From positions 1 to 42,056 of the IMG/VR virus record IMGVR_UViG_2917413769_000001: a stretch of 42,056 bases of DNA; one strand, given 5' to 3'. Below the pieces are notes generated by a model. The model had not been told where the DNA came from, ran no database searches, and was given only the letters and a program-made list of their open reading frames with translations. Below are positions 28,603 to 35,036 of the stretch, one piece after another (the first letter of the stretch is position 1; every line of letters starts with the position of its first letter). Made by a program: the position numbers and the translations under genes. This stretch comes from a virus (Duplodnaviria > Heunggongvirae > Uroviricota > Caudoviricetes).

Positions 28603-29206
28603 TCACCCTGCAAAGCTCAGCAACTGAGAAGCGGCGTTCTCCGCGTCGCGCTGCGTGGCAAAAGTGCGGGACAATATCCAGCGCCACAGAACATCGAGCG
28701 CGGCTTTATACAGCTGCTGGAACTCGATTTCGTCCATATTTGCGAATGAGATACTGCGGGGATGTTTGCGAAGTGTGCCGTCTGGCAACTGAATGGCGTC
28801 GTAATGCCCGTCCTCGACGATAACCCATGCGCGATAAGCATCGAATGATTTGCAGAGGCTGATCCCGTTCGTTACGCGGCGGTTTGCGACCTGATCCAGA
28901 TACTGTTCAGCAGCATCCAGAAGAGCGCCACCGTTGCCACCATATGCAGCCAGATAACTGGCATAGCCGGTAACCAGCTTGCGCTCATTGCTGGATATTG
29001 CGCCGCCTGTAGGTTCCCAGTATTCGAAACCGAGATTGAGGAGTGCGAAGAAGCGACGGTGAAACGCCGGATTGCGCACTTTTTTTAAACTCAGCCACCA
29101 GTACGTCGCCGAGTTTGATTTTTGATTGCAGAATATCGCTGGTCTCGGGCGTAGCCGGGATCAGTATTCCTGTGTAGTGCTTAATGAGTTGTAGTTCATG
29201 CGCCAT
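28603..29206 (-). pseudogene. nin-region protein (YbcN/DUF1367-like?) split by frameshift at an A7 run
   Basis: Upstream ORF (start 29206) and downstream 158-aa ORF overlap in different frames; removing one A from the run at 29080-29086 joins ...AEFKK to VRNPAFHRRFF... Confidence 0.35.
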
Positions 29207-29269
29207 GGGAGTTACTCCGTGGCGCAAAGTCATCAGGTTCTGGTTGTTCAGACCAGTTGCTTAATTATG

Positions 29270-29509
29270 CTAGAAATACAGTAAAATGGTCAATTTTTTT
29301 GACATCATTTCTTTGATGACTTCTGCTAGTGTGGCTTTGGACCAATAGAGATCGTCTTTGTTGAGTTTTCGGCTCAAAATTTCCCCACCAACCGACGACA
29401 GAATAAATCGATCAAAGGAAACTAAATTAAAGGACAAAACTTCGCGGCCACAGGCATCTGTGATGGTCGCTCTAAATTCTCCAGTAAGATCTGAGTAAAT
29501 TGTAGCCAC
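29270..29509 (-). CDS. Hypothetical small protein (AT-rich moron)
   Basis: 79 aa; GTG start preceded by AAGGAGG at 7-nt spacing; AT-rich island. Confidence 0.4.
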   Translation of the reverse strand: MATIYSDLTGEFRATITDACGREVLSFNLVSFDRFILSSVGGEILSRKLNKDDLYWSKATLAEVIKEMMSKKLTILLYF

Positions 29510-29609
29510 AATATTTCCTCCTTAGCGACATCCAGACGCAATAAGAAACTCCTGGTAGCCGCACTGGAAGAATTCACTCAAATCAATTTGCCGCTACCAT
29601 GCAAAACAA

Positions 29610-29843
29610 TTAATAAAACCAGTCGTCGGCACTTTCCCATGTCTCTTGCAGGATACGTTCGACTTCATTCTTTTCCCCACCGAATATAACAAGGCCATCA
29701 CTACTTGCACGCTTAATAATTAGCTTGCAATCATCAAACTGCTTACTTAGGCGTTTTAATAGTTCAGTCTCAAGAGCCGGGACTGCCCCAACAGGAAGTT
29801 TCTTTATGCAATCAATGGTTAACTCGACTTTCACGCCCGCCAA
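29610..29843 (-). CDS. Hypothetical small protein (AT-rich moron)
   Basis: About 75 aa; same strand and island as preceding gene; start codon uncertain (TTG/GTG). Confidence 0.35.
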   Translation of the reverse strand: MAGVKVELTIDCIKKLPVGAVPALETELLKRLSKQFDDCKLIIKRASSDGLVIFGGEKNEVERILQETWESADDWFY

Positions 29844-30045
29844 TTACTGTATATGCATACAGCTTCTTTATAAACCTCTAATTTGAGTTTTGCAATGTTT
29901 TGAAAGCACGATTTGCGAATCACTCCACAGAAAAAACATAAAAAAACCGCCGAATTACGAAGAGATCCACTGTGATTGTATGCGGTGCATCCTGGACAAA
30001 ATACCATCAACGGAAACGTCAAGGTGTTCTGAAATTGAGACAGAT

Positions 30046-30156
30046 TCAATTAATATCTTTCGCTAACCAGAACAGTAGAAAGGCGATTGCCAGGATACTG
30101 CTACTGATTGTGCTGAAAACTACGGCTTGCGCCAGGAGGGTGTACGTTAGTTTCAT
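30046..30156 (-). CDS. Small hydrophobic membrane peptide (36 aa), toxin-like
   Basis: Absent from ORF track (under 60 aa); MKLTYTLLAQAVVFSTISSSILAIAFLLFWLAKDIN; RBS AGGGAG 9 nt upstream of ATG. Confidence 0.3.
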   Translation of the reverse strand: MKLTYTLLAQAVVFSTISSSILAIAFLLFWLAKDIN

Positions 30157-30430
30157 GTTTTTGCGCTCCCTAAAATTTTATATACCTGGCAACCGTGGCA
30201 ATGCTGCTCAGTGATAGTTATGAGCGATGAGGAATCCCCAGTAATGGGCGGCTAAAATAAGACAGGCATAGAGTTTTGTGATCTACTAATTATATTGCCA
30301 ACTCAATGAGATAATCGCTATGCCTGCGAGCCGCAGTATGGCAGAAATTATTCCTGAATGTATCAGGCCCCTTTCACAAATATCGATAAAATGCATTGCT
30401 GGATGACACCTTTGCACTCGACAAAACGCA

Positions 30431-30574
30431 TCACTGACGCTGACCTGTATCGCGTATGCGGTACATACCATCCACAGAAACGTCAAGATGCTTTGCAATT
30501 GCGAAGACCATCGATTTCGGGTTTGCAGCCAGAAAATCCAGCACCGCGTTCGTATCAATTTTTTTCTTAGCCAT
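30431..30574 (-). CDS. Small protein (47 aa), function unknown
   Basis: Absent from ORF track; MAKKKIDTNAVLDFLAANPKSMVFAIAKHLDVSVDGMYRIRDTGQRQ; RBS GGGGGAG 8 nt upstream, starts 16 nt after the DnaC-like stop. Confidence 0.4.
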   Translation of the reverse strand: MAKKKIDTNAVLDFLAANPKSMVFAIAKHLDVSVDGMYRIRDTGQRQ

Positions 30575-30589
30575 AGTTCCGACTCCCCC

Positions 30590-31339
30590 TCATTTGACGA
30601 CCCGCAGGTGCGAGACGTTTTTGCGGTAGCTACCCCAGTCAAAGTTCACCCACATACCACCATCCATCTGAAGGCGATCGAGAATCCGCTCACCAAGCGT
30701 ATTCATCAGGGAGTCATAATTCAGGTTGGTCAGAATGCCGACCGGGCGCATGGAAGAGAGACGTCGATCGATAACCTGATTCAGAATCACCTTTTCGCCG
30801 TTACTCCCGCGCTGAATACCTACTTCGTCCAGGATGAGCAAACCGACACGGCAAAGGTCGTCCAATAAATCTGCTTCAGACTGGCCACCGTCGTAACATT
30901 CGCGAACTCGTAGCATCAGGTCTGGAATGGTTACCACCAGCACTGAACGCCCACCACTTAGAAGGTGGTTACCGATCGCCGCCGCAAGATGGTTTTTCCC
31001 AGTTCCCGGCGCGCCGCTGAATACGAAACTCGCGAAACCGGTACCGAAGTTATGCGCGTAGCTTTTCGCCAGTGTGTAGGCTTTGCGCTGCTCCTCGCCG
31101 GACACTTCGTAGTTTGCAAATGTGCAGTTACGATGCAGACTCTGGATGCCTGAGCGACCGAAGATTTTTTCTGTTCGCGCCTTCTGGTTCAGTTTGTCCA
31201 GTTCTTCACATCGCTTGAGGCCTTCTTCCCGCTGCCACGCCAGCAACTCAGCTGCACTGGTGAACTTTGGCTGAACGCCTGGCGGGATGAGTTTCTTCAG
31301 GCGCTCGAGCGCGCTGCCGGTACTAATCATATTTTTCAT
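30590..31339 (-). CDS. DnaC-like helicase loader (IstB-type AAA+ ATPase)
   Basis: Walker A GAPGTGKNHLAAAIG and Walker B LLILDEVG; downstream of replication initiator. Confidence 0.85.
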   Translation of the reverse strand: MKNMISTGSALERLKKLIPPGVQPKFTSAAELLAWQREEGLKRCEELDKLNQKARTEKIFGRSGIQSLHRNCTFANYEVSGEEQRKAYTLAKSYAHNFGTGFASFVFSGAPGTGKNHLAAAIGNHLLSGGRSVLVVTIPDLMLRVRECYDGGQSEADLLDDLCRVGLLILDEVGIQRGSNGEKVILNQVIDRRLSSMRPVGILTNLNYDSLMNTLGERILDRLQMDGGMWVNFDWGSYRKNVSHLRVVK

Positions 31340-31341
31340 CG

Positions 31342-32226
31342 CTACCCCCTGAACCCTGGTGGGATGGAGTTATCTGGACGGGAAATGGTATTCGGATCCC
31401 GCATACCTGACGGCGCTGCCACTTCCCAGGCTTCCTCGTAGTGTTTCGAGGGACCAAAGAACGTTGCCGCCTGTTTCACGTACTCGGTATTCAGCTTCCC
31501 TGTGGCCCTCACGAAATCGGCATAACGCCGGGTGCCATCAAGCAACTCCTGAACTGTGGCGCCTGTTTTAACCCTGGCTGTCCAGGCTTTGCAGGCGTCA
31601 GCCTTGCTGTTGCCTCCTGAACGCTTTGGATAAATCGCCCATGCCTGTTCGAAATCGTCCGGGTAGGCATTTTTTTTCGGTGATACACCACCATCGGAAG
31701 AATCATCACTCTCAGGGGGTGTGGCGGAGCCATGCCCCAAAGTGTTTTCTTCTTCCTGTTCCTGTTCCTGTTCCTGTTCCTGGTTAAGGAACGGTTCCAG
31801 AACCCTTTCAGAACCCTTTAGTTTTGCGCCTCCGATATGAGCTATCGCATCATTCATAATCCGCGCCAGCTCTGGCTTGACGGTCGATTTATCCGGCACC
31901 TGAGAAAACAGACGCATGGCCGCTATACCCTGATTTGGATTCTCAACAGGATTCCAACTCATGAAGTTCCGAATAAGAACCCATTTCGAGTCAAAATCAC
32001 GCGTTGCGAAACCGTTCTTGGATAGTTCATCAAACCCTTTCGAAACCCTTTCAGAAGTCCAGTTGAGGTCTTCCGAAACGTATCCATCAGGCAGCCGAAA
32101 ACACCCAATCATGTTCGTGTGTTGCCCCGTGAGCAGGTACAGCGCAAGCAGACGGGCATCATCAGAAACCCGACGCATTCCATCGCTTATCCAAAAAGAT
32201 GTATGCACCTTGCCGTAATCACGCAT
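31342..32226 (-). CDS. Replication initiation / replisome organizer protein (lambda O-like role)
   Basis: Start at internal ATG 32226 (GAGG RBS); upstream of DnaC-like gene; iteron-like direct repeats and an EQ linker inside the coding region. Confidence 0.6.
   Translation of the reverse strand: MRDYGKVHTSFWISDGMRRVSDDARLLALYLLTGQHTNMIGCFRLPDGYVSEDLNWTSERVSKGFDELSKNGFATRDFDSKWVLIRNFMSWNPVENPNQGIAAMRLFSQVPDKSTVKPELARIMNDAIAHIGGAKLKGSERVLEPFLNQEQEQEQEQEEENTLGHGSATPPESDDSSDGGVSPKKNAYPDDFEQAWAIYPKRSGGNSKADACKAWTARVKTGATVQELLDGTRRYADFVRATGKLNTEYVKQAATFFGPSKHYEEAWEVAAPSGMRDPNTISRPDNSIPPGFRG
31798..31819. repeat. Tandem 11-bp direct repeats CAGAACCCTTT x2 (iteron-like)
   Basis: Exact tandem duplication inside the replication initiator gene; core AACCCTTT recurs at 32042-32063. 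Confidence 0.4.
32042..32063. repeat. Tandem direct repeats (C/G)AAACCCTTTC x2 (iteron-like)
   Basis: Second pair sharing core AACCCTTT with 31798-31819, about 230 bp away in the same gene. Confidence 0.4.
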
Positions 32227-32242
32227 AAAAACCTCTGAATGC

Positions 32243-32521
32243 TTAAAGTGCTGTCGGTTCGTCAGTTTTGGCGGAGTGCTTAAAGACCATCTCAACGCAC
32301 AAAAAAACGCAGTCCTGACAGATTGAGACGCCTGGTCCGGCGACAAGAACGCCAGCAACTTCAACATTCGTCTTTCCGCAAAACGAGCATTTGTGTGTTG
32401 GCTGGATGTTTACCTCGGTACTGGTTACTGACATACTGGCCTCGCAATAACTCTCCGTTTTTGCAATCGAAGACTGCCTGTGTTGGCGCACAACAGTCTT
32501 CACCCATTCGATATCGTTCAT
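32243..32521 (-). CDS. Stand-alone ClpX zinc-binding-domain (ZBD) homolog
   Basis: [37 protein letters not shown] aligns with the ClpX N-terminal C4 zinc finger ([30 protein letters not shown], from memory); no AAA+ domain follows; alternative start at 32434. Confidence 0.55.
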   Translation of the reverse strand: MNDIEWVKTVVRQHRQSSIAKTESYCEASMSVTSTEVNIQPTHKCSFCGKTNVEVAGVLVAGPGVSICQDCVFLCVEMVFKHSAKTDEPTAL

Positions 32522-32528
32522 GCCGACC

Positions 32529-33071
32529 TCACACCATACCCGGAGCCAGAGCAGCTATGCCGCTGATGACCTGCCCCATGGCTTCAGCAGGGAGCATCGC
32601 AAGCAGATGCTGAATTCCCTCACGAACTTCTTTCACCATCTGGTGATGAGGAGCGTTAAGCATCACAGCCTGTTTCGCTTCACTGATTTCCTTCTCCATC
32701 GCTGCATAACGCGTCATGAAACAATCCTGTCCGATGAGGCGCCCTCGAAATTCCAGCGGCAAAACAGCCAGGATTGCAGGAGTCAGCTGGCGGATGTTTT
32801 CGCGCGCATATCCGGTATCGCTGTCCAGCCAGCGGAAAAGCTTCTGCCGCTTACGGCTCAGGTCGTCAGGAAAATCCAGCCCGGCGCCGCCCTGCCGCTC
32901 CCATTCCTCAACGATGCTCCCGGCAACCACATCCTGGTTGTCCAGCGATGCCGACCACGCACGAACGGCAGCACGAATCTGGTCATGCTTATCCGCCGGA
33001 TCAGGTTGATTGCGATTTATCATCGCAGCGGGTGGAAACCCGGTATTTTGTTGGAATGAAATTGAATTCAC
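32529..33071 (-). CDS. Hypothetical early protein (cII/YdaT-like position)
   Basis: 180-aa ORF between cro-like gene and replication genes; no motif recognised. Confidence 0.3.
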   Translation of the reverse strand: MNSISFQQNTGFPPAAMINRNQPDPADKHDQIRAAVRAWSASLDNQDVVAGSIVEEWERQGGAGLDFPDDLSRKRQKLFRWLDSDTGYARENIRQLTPAILAVLPLEFRGRLIGQDCFMTRYAAMEKEISEAKQAVMLNAPHHQMVKEVREGIQHLLAMLPAEAMGQVISGIAALAPGMV

Positions 33072-33073
33072 GG

Positions 33074-33310
33074 TTATGCCCTCGCATCCTGCGCCGGTAA
33101 TCCATCCGTGGGGTTCGGATAGGCCGCAGGATCAATTTCGTGTGGTGTAACTTGCCAGTTCAAGAATTGGCAAAACGCACGAACACGAGAAGTTGGAACT
33201 TTCCCCGAGTTCAACCAGCGGCTAACCGCTTGCGAGGAGAGTCCCATAGCCTCCCCAATGGCTGTTTGAGTAGTGATAGATTTAACTTTACTTTTGAGTT
33301 GATCGTTCAT
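33074..33310 (-). CDS. Cro-like HTH transcriptional regulator
   Basis: 78 aa; HTH QTAIGEAMGLSSQAVSRWLN; AGGAGG RBS; divergent from repressor gene across operator region. Confidence 0.55.
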   Translation of the reverse strand: MNDQLKSKVKSITTQTAIGEAMGLSSQAVSRWLNSGKVPTSRVRAFCQFLNWQVTPHEIDPAAYPNPTDGLPAQDARA

Positions 33311-33344
33311 AACGCCTCCTTTGGCTGGAATTAAGCATATACAC

Positions 33345-33398
33345 TGAAATTTAATATTTCAATACATTACATCAATCTGTTTCAGTTACTTCTGAAAC
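33345..33398. promoter_or_regulatory. OR-like operator region: two inverted repeats sharing half-site TGAAA(Y)
   Basis: TGAAAT-N5-ATTTCA at 33345-33361 and GTTTCAG-N6-CTGAAAC at 33379-33398, in the 101-bp cro/cI intergenic region. Confidence 0.45.
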
Positions 33399-33411
33399 AC
33401 GCGGTTGTAAA

Positions 33412-33834
33412 ATGGCAATTATGAATACTGATACCAATCAAATTTTTGCTTACCGATTCAATCAATCGGCTGCAGAGCACAACTGGAATCTATCTGAAAT
33501 AGCCCGTCGCGTAGGAGTTACGCCGCAGGCGGTACAGAAGTGGGCGAAAGGATCGTCAGTACCTCGAGGAAAGAAGTTAAAGCAACTAGCTGACGTTATG
33601 GGTCGGCCTGAACATTGGTTCTTCATGGCTCCCAATGCAGAAAGTGGGGAGGTAATTTCTCAGCAATCAATTCTCAAAAAGCTTGATGTAACTGAAGAAG
33701 CACTGCTTTCAATCTTCAATCAGCTCCCCGAGTCAGAAAAACATCGATTGATTCTCCACGCTAAAGGTGTATTGCAAGACCTGCAATCACTGAAAGATGA
33801 CGTAAGCGATCTGATTAAACACCTCAAAAACTAA
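33412..33834 (+). CDS. CI-like repressor (HTH; no LexA/S24 autocleavage domain seen)
   Basis: 140 aa; HTH LSEIARRVGVTPQAVQKWAKG; C-terminal half lacks a Ser-Lys peptidase-like motif. Confidence 0.55.
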   Translation: MAIMNTDTNQIFAYRFNQSAAEHNWNLSEIARRVGVTPQAVQKWAKGSSVPRGKKLKQLADVMGRPEHWFFMAPNAESGEVISQQSILKKLDVTEEALLSIFNQLPESEKHRLILHAKGVLQDLQSLKDDVSDLIKHLKN

Positions 33835-33896
33835 CCTTCCCTTTCAATAGCACTGGCAATGTCCGGTGTTTTGCACGCCATTAATTACTAATTAAA

Positions 33897-33936
33897 GTTT
33901 CATGTTCTTGACAAATGAAACTCAATGTTGTAGTTT
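33897..33936 (+). promoter_or_regulatory. OL/pL-like element: operator half-sites flanking a -35 TTGACA
   Basis: GTTTCA-N13-TGAAAC at 33897-33921 encloses TTGACA (33908-33913); candidate -10 TAGTTT at 33931-33936 (17-nt spacer). Confidence 0.35.
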
Positions 33937-34013
33937 TAGCTACATCGACAACAAGCGCATCGTTGTCAGGTGAAACGTTCCGCTGGCCGGCGACAAGGCA
34001 TCGAGAGGGTGAG

Positions 34014-34271
34014 ATGGATAAATCAAAAGCCGTGTTGGCAGTGGCTATAAAAGTGGTGGAGTTCATTCAGGCTCAGCTGAAAGCGACTAGCCTGACGGAT
34101 CTCAAAACTAAAGATGTAGCCGAATGCTTAGTGGCGGCCGCAAGTTCAAACCGCCTGGAGCTACAAAAGCTGGCAAAAAAAGCCAGCTTAAAGGTCAGGC
34201 GTCCTTACCGGGACAGATGTTCGCCCATAAACGACTTTAGCAAATATGCCATGTATATGACCACAATTTGA
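34014..34271 (+). CDS. Hypothetical protein, first gene of leftward operon
   Basis: Start moved to internal ATG at 34014 (GAGGG RBS) because the annotated ATG at 33915 lies inside the operator palindrome; overlaps a convergent minus-strand gene. Confidence 0.3.
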   Translation: MDKSKAVLAVAIKVVEFIQAQLKATSLTDLKTKDVAECLVAAASSNRLELQKLAKKASLKVRRPYRDRCSPINDFSKYAMYMTTI

Positions 34272-34397
34272 GCAAAATGCAGTTTCAAACCACGGGTCTC
34301 CAACACGATTTATCTGTTCGCTTGGCGCGCAAACAATGTGTTCATTACCAGTGATTTCGCACTTTGGACAACGTGGTTTATTGAGTGGCTCTGACAT
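34188..34397 (-). CDS. Small zinc-ribbon protein (antisense to leftward operon)
   Basis: About 69 aa from ATG at 34397 (AAGGA RBS); CPKC...CSNC Cys pairs. Confidence 0.4.
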   Translation of the reverse strand: MSEPLNKPRCPKCEITGNEHIVCAPSEQINRVGDPWFETAFCSNCGHIHGIFAKVVYGRTSVPVRTPDL

Positions 34398-34519
34398 GTT
34401 CATTTCCTTGTTACGACTGTGTAAATGACAGAGTACCGAATTCCTACGGCTGTGGAAAGCAAGGAACCCACGCAGCATGAGTGGGTTAACAAAACAGGCA
34501 TAACACGGGAGAAGTTATC

Positions 34520-34726
34520 ATGGTTCATCAGCACTACGGTACACAGACAGTAAACCGCGGCGCAGTTATGCCGGGCATGCTCGTCAAACACAATGATTCG
34601 ACCTGGACTGCATCAGCTAATGCGCGCGGTCGCTTGTATCTCCAGCGCGGCATGGAGAGAACCTACATAAAAGACTTACTGGTTGAGGTTTATCTAAACG
34701 GTGTAGGACATGGCCTTAGCCATTAA
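34520..34726 (+). CDS. Hypothetical small protein
   Basis: 68 aa; GGGAGAAG RBS upstream of ATG. Confidence 0.4.
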   Translation: MVHQHYGTQTVNRGAVMPGMLVKHNDSTWTASANARGRLYLQRGMERTYIKDLLVEVYLNGVGHGLSH

Positions 34727-34737
34727 CGGAGGGGGTT

Positions 34738-34899
34738 ATGCAGGAGAAAAAATGCGCATACTGCCGCAAGCCGATCGAGCAAGGGAAGAAAGTTAAAAAC
34801 GAACTGCTCTTCATCCACGGCTCGCAGTTGAAACGCGAGCAACGTGATTACTGTTCAGTACGTTGTGCTTCATACGACCAGATGGCCCACGAGTCATAA
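34738..34899 (+). CDS. Small zinc-binding protein (YdaE-like position)
   Basis: 53 aa; GGAGGGGG RBS; CAYC...CSVRC Cys motifs; immediately upstream of recE-like gene. Confidence 0.45.
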   Translation: MQEKKCAYCRKPIEQGKKVKNELLFIHGSQLKREQRDYCSVRCASYDQMAHES

Positions 34900-35036
34900 C
34901 GTAAAAACCCGCCGAAGCGGGCCTGTACGTCCGGTGCCACCAACCAAAGTACACCGGAAATTACACAAAACCAATGAACACCCAATGGGCGCTACCAATG
35001 GCCCGGGGATTATACATCCAAAATTGAGGATCTCAT

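Noticed and set aside
29831-30049. 72-aa minus-strand ORF
   Set aside because: Lies across the degenerate repeat copy (29978-30037) and has no RBS; more likely non-coding remnant sequence.
30286-30642. 118-aa minus-strand ORF from the six-frame track
   Set aside because: Overlaps the 3' end of the DnaC-like gene, is Trp-rich and low complexity, and shares its DNA with the better-initiated 47-aa ORF at 30431-30574 in another frame.
33915-34013. Annotated ATG at 33915 as start of the first leftward ORF
   Set aside because: That ATG sits inside the operator palindrome and downstream of the -35 element with no RBS; the internal ATG at 34014 with a GAGGG RBS is preferred.
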